From IMG/VR virus record IMGVR_UViG_3300024258_000005: a DNA stretch of 64,000 bases. One strand, given 5' to 3'. Both the position numbers and the translations under genes were made by a program. The stretch's first letter is position 1. Each line of letters starts with the position of its first letter. This stretch comes from a virus. This document shows, piece after piece, positions 54,454 through 63,231 of this stretch. Below the pieces are notes generated by a model. It was not told the origin of the DNA, searched no databases, and saw only the letters and a program-made list of their open reading frames with translations.

Positions 54454-55592
54454 TTATTTTTCCTTTTATATTTTAAATATCCTGAATTATATATTGGATA
54501 TTTTGTATTTTTTATTAATTCCGGTTCTAATATTTCAACCAAGTCATAATCATTCTCTAACCATAAACCATTATCATAATCTAAATCAATTATTATTTCA
54601 TCCGTTTCACTACAGTCAAATACTATTTCATCATTTAATGAATTTACAATATCTATAACTAAAGATTCGTTAAGATCTTCATAAATATGAAATAGTTGAA
54701 TACCTAATTCTTTACACATTAATGATTTTTTTTGATGTCTAAATTTATCAGAATTCTCTTGATGTCTATGCCAATACATACCGTTATATTCAATAGCTAC
54801 TTTTAATTTTTCTATATAAATATCTAATTCATATGGTTGTATTATCTTTTTTGAATTTATAATTAATTTATGGTTAATTTGTCGTCTTATATAAATTTCT
54901 TTTTCTGATACACCAATTTTTGAAGTTACTATATCAAAATATTTTAATGTTAAATAAGCGGTTGAATTTGATACATTAAAATATTTTGTAAACTTAAATA
55001 TTAAAAATTTATCATTTTTAATAAAATTATCAATAATAAATTGTTTATTTTGATTTATTACAAAACTATTAGAGTTTTCAACATAGTCTATTTTATCTTT
55101 AAATTCTTTAATTTGTAATGCATGTGAATGACCATATCTATTTTTCATAGTTAAATGCATTTTATCATTAAATTTTTTAACTTGCATAGCATTTTTTGAA
55201 TTGTATTTTTCTAACATTGTGCAAATTGATTTATCTTTAAATTCTTTAACTTTTAAAGGATTATCAAAACCATATTGTTTAATACAAGTATTTTTTCTTT
55301 TTTTAATTGTTTTTGATGAAGATGATGCGCATTTATTAGAACAATAATTATTTTTTTTATTAGACCCTTTATTAATGGATACTTTATTATTGCAATTTTC
55401 ATGTTTACAAATTTTATCTTCATGCTTAAAAGGATATAATAATAAAGCATATTTTATATTACACTGTTCTCTCGCGTAAACAGAATCTTTAAAAATTATA
55501 TCTAAGATATTTATAATTTCTGAGTCTTTGTTTAAAAAAAGATTTCTTTTTAACATAGTACCTTTTTCATTATATAATATCTTAAAATTCAT
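54450..55592 (-). CDS. Homing endonuclease-like protein (KYG repeats + PD-(D/E)XK nuclease)
   Basis: CKHENCNNKV...YCSNKC; PYELDIYIEKLKVAIEYNGMYWH; paralogous to 37379..38515. Confidence 0.75.
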   Translation of the reverse strand: MNFKILYNEKGTMLKRNLFLNKDSEIINILDIIFKDSVYAREQCNIKYALLLYPFKHEDKICKHENCNNKVSINKGSNKKNNYCSNKCASSSSKTIKKRKNTCIKQYGFDNPLKVKEFKDKSICTMLEKYNSKNAMQVKKFNDKMHLTMKNRYGHSHALQIKEFKDKIDYVENSNSFVINQNKQFIIDNFIKNDKFLIFKFTKYFNVSNSTAYLTLKYFDIVTSKIGVSEKEIYIRRQINHKLIINSKKIIQPYELDIYIEKLKVAIEYNGMYWHRHQENSDKFRHQKKSLMCKELGIQLFHIYEDLNESLVIDIVNSLNDEIVFDCSETDEIIIDLDYDNGLWLENDYDLVEILEPELIKNTKYPIYNSGYLKYKRKNK

Positions 55593-55596
55593 TTAT

Positions 55597-56094
55597 TTAT
55601 CCATTTGCTGTTTCAGCTTGTTCCATCGGAGCACCAAATCTTTGGCGTACTTCTGCAACTTTCTCTTCACTAAATGATTTAAAATCAACATAATGAATAA
55701 CTAAATTAGCACTATACTTATCAACTTCATCTTCTACTTGAGCATCTGTTAGATTTTGGGTAGCAAGATATTTACGTAAATCAAATATAGTTTTTTCAAC
55801 TAGTTTACCATAATCTTCTTCATTAAAGAATGCTACGCCATTTTCAACTGTAGTGATATAGAAATCTACACCACTTAGTATTGAATGTGTTTCTGCTCTT
55901 TGTACAATTGTAATGAATGAATCAAAAATTAGATTACCATTTAATTTATCAGCAATTGCTTTACGATCTTCCATTACTTTCATAAGAATAGCACTTTGTG
56001 CTAGTTCTTGTTCTGTTGGTTCTCTCTGATCTGCATCTACTGCATCTACTGCATCTACTGCATCTACTGCATCTACTTCGTTGTTTTCTGACAT
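55597..56094 (-). CDS. Hypothetical protein with (DAV)n N-terminal repeat
   Basis: 165 aa; 9-bp repeat tgcatctac x5 at 56032-56076. Confidence 0.55.
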   Translation of the reverse strand: MSENNEVDAVDAVDAVDAVDADQREPTEQELAQSAILMKVMEDRKAIADKLNGNLIFDSFITIVQRAETHSILSGVDFYITTVENGVAFFNEEDYGKLVEKTIFDLRKYLATQNLTDAQVEDEVDKYSANLVIHYVDFKSFSEEKVAEVRQRFGAPMEQAETANG

Positions 56095-56095
56095 T

Positions 56096-56554
56096 TTATT
56101 TCCTTTTATATTTAAGTTGAATCCGATGCTTATTTATTATAGCTCGAATTTCTTTTTCATTTAGATAATTATCAACTAATAATGTATCAACTATTTCATA
56201 TATAATACTTTTAATCTGTTCAGTATTTGATCTATCCATATCAAATCCATCTGAGATGAAACTATTACGACTAATTATATAATTCGTTACTACTCTTACT
56301 TTTTGTATCTTATAATAGGATAATGAATTACCATCCTTATCAATTAAAAGCTCTTGTAAAAGCATAATATTGTTTACTATTTTATCAATAGAGTATCTTC
56401 TAAGACCATTCATGGAACCATTTAGTTGTAAAATAATGTTAAATGTTTTTGCTTGAACTGAACTTATGTATCGATATACATGATAATGTAATTTTAATCT
56501 AAATAGAAAAATACTAATATCAGTTTTGATGTTATACAGGAGCAAGGGAAACAT
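56096..56554 (-). CDS. Hypothetical protein
   Basis: Start reassigned to ATG 56554 (MFPLLLY) after an AAGGAGG RBS inside the helicase 3' end. Confidence 0.5.
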   Translation of the reverse strand: MFPLLLYNIKTDISIFLFRLKLHYHVYRYISSVQAKTFNIILQLNGSMNGLRRYSIDKIVNNIMLLQELLIDKDGNSLSYYKIQKVRVVTNYIISRNSFISDGFDMDRSNTEQIKSIIYEIVDTLLVDNYLNEKEIRAIINKHRIQLKYKRK

Positions 56555-58232
56555 GCTTAGGTACCTCCTTCTCTTTCTTCTCAAAATCAAAACCTTCAAA
56601 ATTAAATTTAGCTGTACTGTAACTTTTCTTTAAATTATTAATTAAAGTAAAATGCATCTCAGGAAAGAATTTGAAATATAAATTTGTGAAGAAAAATTGA
56701 GAATGTATATCTTGATTTTTTTCTTTACACATTCTAGTTATTCTTCCCGTAACTTGAATAGATGGTATTGCTCCAACTAAAGGTGTACATACTAAAATAT
56801 TTGTTAACTCGCTTCTTGAATATCCTGTTGTCAGCATTTTAAAATTACTAATCACAATATCTTTAGAACTCATTATCTCACGGTCAGTCATATTATCAAC
56901 AACTGTCCATGAGGTCTTCAATTCAAGTGCTGGTAGTTCATTTTGTATTGTAACTAAATCTTTTAATATAGGTTTAGTTAAACTATACATTCGGGCATCT
57001 TCTTTAAAAGGTTTTAAAGTGGGACACTTCTTACGTTTAGGAAAGACTTTAAAATAATTATCATAAAATATTTGTACTTGATCAATAGTCAAATACTCTT
57101 TTGATATATCAAGTTTCTTATTAGTTGAACCTGTTATTACTCCAACATCATAACCTCTATCTCTTAATATTTTTTCCATTTTAAAAACCATTTTATTTGT
57201 AGCAAATAGGACCGCTGTTATATGATCTGTTTTATGCCTATATTCCACCCAATCGGCGATATGCTTTAAATAATCATCTTTACTTTCCAAAATCATATTA
57301 TGTGTTGCAAGAAATCGTATATAATCAGTTTTTGCGTAAGTTAATCTTTGTATTTCTTGAGGTGTGAAATCAACATATATATTATGCAAAGTTACAGTAG
57401 GAATCAAATTTTGGTGATCTAAATCAACTAGCACTTCTCCAACCGAATTTGTCATCAAAAAGTCGTTAATACCTTTTACGAAAGGTGTTGCACTCAACCC
57501 TATAATATTATCAGTCTTAAAAATAATTGCTGTTTTAGCATATGATTCAGCTGCTCCACTTTGATGACACTCATCATAAAAAACAAGACCAATTCGTGAA
57601 TAAAATTCTTCTAATTCTATTAAATTTATTCTTTTTAATTGCGATAGTAATGTTTGTATTTTCACAACTATAATATCATTATCTAATATGTTATTTTTTT
57701 CAATTTTAGCAATATCACTTCCTTGAATAATACCTATTTTATCTTTAGATAATCCTGTAAAATTTGAAATTTCATCTACCCATTGATCTTCTAAAATAGA
57801 ATTTGGTACAATACAAAGAGTTTTATAACCAATTATACTTGATAATTTGATACTCATAAATGTTTTTCCTACACCTGGTCGTGCTTGTAATATTCCATTT
57901 ATTTTACCTGTTTTTTTAAATATATCTAAAAAAGTATCAAATACTATTTGTTGTTCAGGTCTAGGTTCAAATTTTACATCATATGTTATTTTAGTATATT
58001 CTTGATTATTGACTTGAGCTTGTCTCTTTATAATATCATCACCTATTTGATGAATTGCTAAATCTTCGTAGTTATTTTGTATGAAGAATTTTGGTAGAAC
58101 AACTGCATGTCCTAAATCTAATACTGATAAATCTCGTTCTTCCATAGGAATAGATTTATCATACTTGTTCCAAAAAGGAGGTTGTTGTTTGATATATTCC
58201 CACTCGTGCTTATGAATTATATCCATCGACAT
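56532..58232 (-). CDS. SF2 DNA/RNA helicase (UvsW-like)
   Basis: Q-motif PRPEQ, Walker A ARPGVGKT, DECH, motif III GLSATP, TGYS, Q..GRI.R. Confidence 0.88.
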   Translation of the reverse strand: MSMDIIHKHEWEYIKQQPPFWNKYDKSIPMEERDLSVLDLGHAVVLPKFFIQNNYEDLAIHQIGDDIIKRQAQVNNQEYTKITYDVKFEPRPEQQIVFDTFLDIFKKTGKINGILQARPGVGKTFMSIKLSSIIGYKTLCIVPNSILEDQWVDEISNFTGLSKDKIGIIQGSDIAKIEKNNILDNDIIVVKIQTLLSQLKRINLIELEEFYSRIGLVFYDECHQSGAAESYAKTAIIFKTDNIIGLSATPFVKGINDFLMTNSVGEVLVDLDHQNLIPTVTLHNIYVDFTPQEIQRLTYAKTDYIRFLATHNMILESKDDYLKHIADWVEYRHKTDHITAVLFATNKMVFKMEKILRDRGYDVGVITGSTNKKLDISKEYLTIDQVQIFYDNYFKVFPKRKKCPTLKPFKEDARMYSLTKPILKDLVTIQNELPALELKTSWTVVDNMTDREIMSSKDIVISNFKMLTTGYSRSELTNILVCTPLVGAIPSIQVTGRITRMCKEKNQDIHSQFFFTNLYFKFFPEMHFTLINNLKKSYSTAKFNFEGFDFEKKEKEVPKHVSLAPV

Positions 58233-58544
58233 TCCTTTCTATATTATTTCTATGGTAATTTTTTCGATCTAATTGGATCATTTTAAGAATTCCTATGAAT
58301 TCTTCTCTGAGAAATACACATAGTTACCATAGAAATAAATATAGTAAGGAAGTAATAACATTGTCGAAATTAGATATGAGTAAAAAAGACTTCCTGGATA
58401 ATAAATACGATGAAAGATTAATTGTATTTTATTTTTTTCTGAGGACTTAAAGTAGGTATCATAGAAATAAATATGTTAATAAATGAGTCATAATATCATT
58501 ACAAGAAAGAACTTTGCAGAGTATATATTCTAAAAAATATAGCA

Positions 58545-58675
58545 ATTATCTTTTTAGATAACGATCTTTTAAGATCATTTAAAAACTTACCATAGAAATA
58601 AAAGAAAAGATTTCTATGGTAAGTTTTTCGATCCACAAAGATCGCAGTTTTTTTATGAAATGATCTTTAAAGATC
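58545..58675. repeat. Intergenic element: GATC-N6-GATC palindromes plus inverted TTACCATAGAAAT pair
   Basis: GATC pairs at 58563, 58630, 58662 (another at 58266); motif pair at 58586-58599 and 58610-58623. Confidence 0.8.
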
Positions 58676-58787
58676 ATTCTGTAGGGAAATTGTTAGATAT
58701 TTCTATATTAACTCATTTTGAACTTTGAGAAGTACAAATAGTTACCATAGAAATTAATGTATTAGAAAAACAAAGGAGGACATTAAT

Positions 58788-58883
58788 ATGTCACAAGAAG
58801 AAATTGATAGGCTAGTAAAATTAGCAGAGAACCAAGAGATGCTAATCGCATCTCATACGCAAGAAAGCAATAATCTTAAATAG
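58788..58883 (+). CDS. 31-aa peptide (missed by the track)
   Basis: MSQEEIDRLVKLAENQEMLIASHTQESNNLK*; AAGGAGG RBS and promoter motif at 58740. Confidence 0.55.
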   Translation: MSQEEIDRLVKLAENQEMLIASHTQESNNLK

Positions 58884-58913
58884 ATTATTAGCTTTTTAAT
58901 TTAAAGGAATACA

Positions 58914-59504
58914 ATGAACGAACTTAGTAAATATACAGTAAGAGAGTTTTTTAAGGAGTTTTATTTAAGTAATGATGACGCTCATCAAATTAGTCACGCT
59001 GATGATGTATGTGATTTAGCATTAACAATTAATAAGAAGCTTGGAGATTTATATAGTGAAGAGTATATAATATTAGCAAGTTATGCTCATGATATTTATT
59101 CAGATGAGTTAGGAAGAAAGAACCATCATAAATTAGCATATAGCTACATTATGAATACAAAGAGTGCTATATTTGAGACGATAAGCGACGAGGGTAAAGG
59201 TATCATCGCTTGCGCTGTATTTGAGCATAGAGCATCATATACAGGCGATTTTACTTCTAAACTAAGTGAGATCATTAGTGCTGCAGATAGAGGAGTTCCA
59301 AACTATAAAGATATTTATAATAGAGCTTTAAAATATGCTAAGGGTGATCATAACCAGACTGAACTTCATATGATTGATAAGTATGGTAGAAACGGGTATG
59401 CTAAATATCCTGATGCTTATATTAAGATATTTAAAGAAGAGCTTGAAGAGCTTTATACTATTATTGATTCTTTGAATCCAGAGACAAGAAAGGACATAGC
59501 ATAA
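58914..59504 (+). CDS. HD-domain phosphohydrolase
   Basis: H...H..V, AHDI, HH, EHRAS, ADR motifs. Confidence 0.8.
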   Translation: MNELSKYTVREFFKEFYLSNDDAHQISHADDVCDLALTINKKLGDLYSEEYIILASYAHDIYSDELGRKNHHKLAYSYIMNTKSAIFETISDEGKGIIACAVFEHRASYTGDFTSKLSEIISAADRGVPNYKDIYNRALKYAKGDHNQTELHMIDKYGRNGYAKYPDAYIKIFKEELEELYTIIDSLNPETRKDIA

Positions 59505-59533
59505 GCTATGTCCTAGTTTTATTGTTTAGATTT

Positions 59534-60028
59534 TTAAATTGCCGGTACTTTTATTTGTATATGACCACTGAATGATTTTTCAACACTGGGCAGTTGATGT
59601 TTGATAAGTAATACATTATACGAAACAGCTGTATCCACCTGGACTTCATTTGAGACGGAACTTGGTTTATTAGTATCTCCGTCAATAAAGTAATTCGTTA
59701 CTACTGTGTCATATGTTATAACATGTTCAAATTTTTCAATAATTTCATAATTAACATATATTTTACGATCCGGGCGGTATGTAGTTGTATATGTTTGTTC
59801 GTTTAAATCTGTAGTATTTGATAGAGTTAATATAGTACCATTAAATGTAAAATCGTGCATAGTTTTTTCTTCATCAATCCATATAATTAATTTACCAGTT
59901 GCTGGTACATCTTGTGCTTTAATTTCCATTAAAGTAGGATTATATGAATTGTCTACATTAGCTGTTAAGTCAAATAGTAAAAAGGAAGCATCATCTGTAG
60001 TATATAAAGTACCTTTAGTAATATTCAT
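59534..60028 (-). CDS. Hypothetical protein
   Basis: 164 aa beta-rich ORF with AAGGA RBS. Confidence 0.5.
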   Translation of the reverse strand: MNITKGTLYTTDDASFLLFDLTANVDNSYNPTLMEIKAQDVPATGKLIIWIDEEKTMHDFTFNGTILTLSNTTDLNEQTYTTTYRPDRKIYVNYEIIEKFEHVITYDTVVTNYFIDGDTNKPSSVSNEVQVDTAVSYNVLLIKHQLPSVEKSFSGHIQIKVPAI

Positions 60029-60038
60029 GATGTTATCC

Positions 60039-60773
60039 TTATTTACCTAATTCGTCAAATCTACCTGCAATAATCTTTTCAAGATCGGTTTTCTCAGGGT
60101 CATATGTTCGTGTGATATTATCACTTACAGCATCTTTTGTATAACCATAATTATAACCAACTCCTGAATTAAATCTATGTGCAGATTGTTTAGTCGAAAT
60201 AGCATTGCTTTTTGTATATTTTTGATTTGAAGTTAAACGTGTAGGAATAAATCCTTCATCTGTATATTCACCATAAAGTAAAGTTAATATAGTTTCAATA
60301 TGATGCATTTGTACATTTGTAGTACTTAATAGTTGATCATAAATTGCAACCGCATGTTTTTGTAAATCACCTCTTAGGTATTTAACTCTATTTTCAAATA
60401 GTTTATCAAGTACCATAATATCAGTAGCATTGCTCTTAGTACTAGCAAAACATATCAAATCACCTTTATTAAAATAATATGTAGTTACACTACCATCTTT
60501 TTCATAAAAATCTGGTATAACTAGATTGATATCAAATTGAAAATATAATTGAAGTTCATCTTGTCCTTGGACTTCAATATTCAAAATACCAGGAATTTTG
60601 ATAGACCCAACTAAAGTCTCAGATGATTCATCTGAGACATCAACAAGTTCTTCATCATCCAATTTTAATTCATCTGAATCGATTCTAATAATTAAATCCA
60701 TATATGCAACAATACGATGTTCTTCTATGGTTAAATATTTTTCAATCTTTTCTTTAGTCGTTAATTTTGCCAT
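60039..60773 (-). CDS. Probable RNA polymerase beta-prime C-terminal fragment
   Basis: NVQMHHIETILTLL and AISTKQSAHRFNSGVGYNYG...TDLEKIIAG parallel RpoC I..KHIEVIVRQM and LG.TKASL...SF.SAASF...GLKENVIVG. Confidence 0.5.
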   Translation of the reverse strand: MAKLTTKEKIEKYLTIEEHRIVAYMDLIIRIDSDELKLDDEELVDVSDESSETLVGSIKIPGILNIEVQGQDELQLYFQFDINLVIPDFYEKDGSVTTYYFNKGDLICFASTKSNATDIMVLDKLFENRVKYLRGDLQKHAVAIYDQLLSTTNVQMHHIETILTLLYGEYTDEGFIPTRLTSNQKYTKSNAISTKQSAHRFNSGVGYNYGYTKDAVSDNITRTYDPEKTDLEKIIAGRFDELGK

Positions 60774-60787
60774 TTATAGTCCTTTGT

Positions 60788-61042
60788 TTATTTATCTTCT
60801 TCTACTGCTGCTTGTTCTTTAGTTGGAGCCGTATTAGGATGAGACCCTTTACGTTCAAGAGCTTTTAATTCATCTGTATCATAAATAGATGACATATATT
60901 CAGTATTAGTTCCTTCGAACTTCTCTTCTTTCTTTGCAACTCTTTCCATCTCAGCTTCTGGTCCTTTACGATCTTCTTGAGCTGCCATATTAATTTCTTT
61001 AAGTTTTTTAAGAACTGGATTCTTATCTATTTCTACTTTCAT
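60788..61042 (-). CDS. Small charged protein
   Basis: 84 aa; MKVEIDK start resembles the leader family but lacks ILE. Confidence 0.5.
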   Translation of the reverse strand: MKVEIDKNPVLKKLKEINMAAQEDRKGPEAEMERVAKKEEKFEGTNTEYMSSIYDTDELKALERKGSHPNTAPTKEQAAVEEDK

Positions 61043-61200
61043 TATTTACCCTTCTGATTTGCTTTGGTTCTATCTCTAGATGTTTTTAACATTCTATGTC
61101 TAGCGATAGTTTCTTTTGAAGCCTTTTCTTTTTTACCAATTCTGGATAAATTAGACTCACTTAAATATTTTTCTTTATATACTTGTTGAAGTGTTTGCAT
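61042..61200 (-). CDS. 52-aa highly basic peptide (missed by the track)
   Basis: MQTLQQVYKEKYLSESNLSRIGKKEKASKETIARHRMLKTSRDRTKANQKGK*; TAATG coupling at both ends. Confidence 0.6.
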   Translation of the reverse strand: MQTLQQVYKEKYLSESNLSRIGKKEKASKETIARHRMLKTSRDRTKANQKGK

Positions 61201-61739
61201 TATTTCTTTTCCTTATTATCTTTATTGTCTTTATCATCTTTTAAAGAATCTTCGACCCAATCTTCATTAAGTGGACTTATTCGTTCTTGAATGATTTCAA
61301 TAGTATTACCAATAAATGGTTTAGTAAGATCTTTATTTTTTTTAAAGTCTAGATCAAAACCTTTACAGTTATACATCAATGTAACATGAGCTGTGTAATT
61401 AGGATAATCCGTAGTTGCACCTGATTTAATAGCTCTTTGGAATTGAGTTTCACACCAAGGACATTCTAAAACAACATGAAGATTCTTTCCTTCATCTGTA
61501 TCAAAATGACCAAAGCCTTTTATCTTAATAAGCTTTGATATAGTATCTTCTGCTTTTCCATCAACTTGTTTTGTTCCCTTAGATGTCTTTAGAAAAGGAA
61601 CAGGTTTTGAAGAGTATGTTAATGTACAATGATATGCATCTGTAAAGTCTTTTTTAAGACCAAAACTTTTTATTATACTATCTAATTTTTTATTACTTTC
61701 TTTCGAGAAAATAATGTCTGCGTAAGTACCTTGTGCCAT
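61200..61739 (-). CDS. 2H phosphoesterase, T4 gp57B/Acb1-like anti-CBASS nuclease
   Basis: Two HxT motifs (YHCTLTYS, AHVTLMYN); GATTDYPNY and terminal LNEDW parallel T4 57B GA..DYPDY.PHITLSYN and LD..W. Confidence 0.8.
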   Translation of the reverse strand: MAQGTYADIIFSKESNKKLDSIIKSFGLKKDFTDAYHCTLTYSSKPVPFLKTSKGTKQVDGKAEDTISKLIKIKGFGHFDTDEGKNLHVVLECPWCETQFQRAIKSGATTDYPNYTAHVTLMYNCKGFDLDFKKNKDLTKPFIGNTIEIIQERISPLNEDWVEDSLKDDKDNKDNKEKK

Positions 61740-61762
61740 TTGATTCCTTTTTAATTATTAAC

Positions 61763-62434
61763 TTACATCGATTGTTTATCAAATTCTCTATCTCTAACTC
61801 TTGCAGTTAAAATATTAGGATTTGTATGATGCATCTTATTATATACTTTCTTTTGACCATCAACATCACCGTCTAGAACAGAATCAAAATATCGCTTACC
61901 ATTTCCATGACCAGCAAGTGAACCCATTGTTAAATTAGTTTGTTGTTGTCTTGATAATTGATTAGCATCTTTATGAATTTTAGCATCATCTATCCAATCC
62001 ATATTTCTAGCGATTTTAGGCATATCTCTATTGATTCGATTTATACCAGTAGTTACAGAATCATTAGTATTTTGATATAATCCTTTCGCACTAGTAAAAC
62101 CATTATCACCAACAGTCTTTCCTGAATTTTCAATGTTTCCAAGAGTCTTCATAAATCTATGTGAATTATCTACAGATTTTTCATAAGGTAATCCAAAACG
62201 TTCAGATTGATCTCTAATGATTCTTAATGAATTTTTATTGAATTCATCATATTTTGATTTTAAAATATTAGAACCTTTTGTAGGTTCTTGATGCTGACCT
62301 AGAATCTTTTCATCTTGTAAATGATTATCTAATGATTCCCCATTATTTTCAATAGCTTCTTCATTAGATACACCATTTATTAAATCTTGTAAATAACTTT
62401 CAACTATTAAGTGTTTTTTGATTTTATAAATCAC
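61763..62434 (-). CDS. Lysozyme/lytic-transglycosylase-like protein with LIVE leader
   Basis: Starts MIYKIKKHLIVES; C-terminal IENSG...SAKGLYQ resembles the SLT/lysozyme-like catalytic region. Confidence 0.55.
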   Translation of the reverse strand: MIYKIKKHLIVESYLQDLINGVSNEEAIENNGESLDNHLQDEKILGQHQEPTKGSNILKSKYDEFNKNSLRIIRDQSERFGLPYEKSVDNSHRFMKTLGNIENSGKTVGDNGFTSAKGLYQNTNDSVTTGINRINRDMPKIARNMDWIDDAKIHKDANQLSRQQQTNLTMGSLAGHGNGKRYFDSVLDGDVDGQKKVYNKMHHTNPNILTARVRDREFDKQSM

Positions 62435-62583
62435 TATTCACTCCTGTAAATATTTTGAGATAACATAATTTTTAACATAAAAATTCTTTTATCTAATGTT
62501 CTTAAATATGATTTATCTTCTTGTGCGATATTCTTTAAATCGTTTGAAATTTCTTTTTTATCTCTATAATACCGAAATAACAT

Positions 62584-63222
62584 TTATTTACTCCAAATAA
62601 CTTTACCATTTGTATTATCTGTAGTCGGTAGAATATCATCGGGAAAAAATACATCTCTTTTGATTAATCCAAAAAGCACAGATGTTTCTTTTAATTTCCA
62701 ATTCGTTATATACTGGTAAGGCTTCATTATGTAATAAATTAATTCACTACATGAAAAAAATCTACTTACTTCATCTTCTTCTTCAAAGATAAAATCATAA
62801 TCGTACGGAACACCTATTTTTCCTTTAGCTCTTTGTAAAATATCCATAATATTTGAGTGTTTTAGTTGTGGAAACCTTATAACTGCAACTCTGTCGGCTC
62901 TCATAAAACTAACTAAATCAGTATATTGTACATCTGGTGTCATTGAGTGTATTATTTTTTCATCGATTCCACCAACATATAACGACGCATGGCTATACTT
63001 TCCTGCTATAAAATATCCATCAAGGTACTTATCATAACCTCTGAGAATAATATCTCCTGCTCGAATAATGTCTCTCACTTCATAATAAGAATCGCCTTTT
63101 AGTTTAAAAGTCGTTGGTTCAACTACTACCCAAAATGGGTATGGATGAATTTTTATATGAGCGAATATCTTTAAAAAACCTGATTGTAATTTATATCTCA
63201 GCTTGTCTAACTTTTTTAACAT
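62584..63222 (-). CDS. Permuted papain-like NlpC/P60 amidase (YiiX/YaeF-like)
   Basis: GDIIL, YSHASLYVG, IIHS, GVPYDYDF, FSCSELI (His before Cys, permuted order). Confidence 0.85.
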   Translation of the reverse strand: MLKKLDKLRYKLQSGFLKIFAHIKIHPYPFWVVVEPTTFKLKGDSYYEVRDIIRAGDIILRGYDKYLDGYFIAGKYSHASLYVGGIDEKIIHSMTPDVQYTDLVSFMRADRVAVIRFPQLKHSNIMDILQRAKGKIGVPYDYDFIFEEEDEVSRFFSCSELIYYIMKPYQYITNWKLKETSVLFGLIKRDVFFPDDILPTTDNTNGKVIWSK

Positions 63223-63231
63223 ATTTATTCC

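Noticed and set aside
56880-57130. Possible intein in the helicase
   Set aside because: The insertion is only about 80 aa and lacks splicing residues; more likely a lineage-specific loop.
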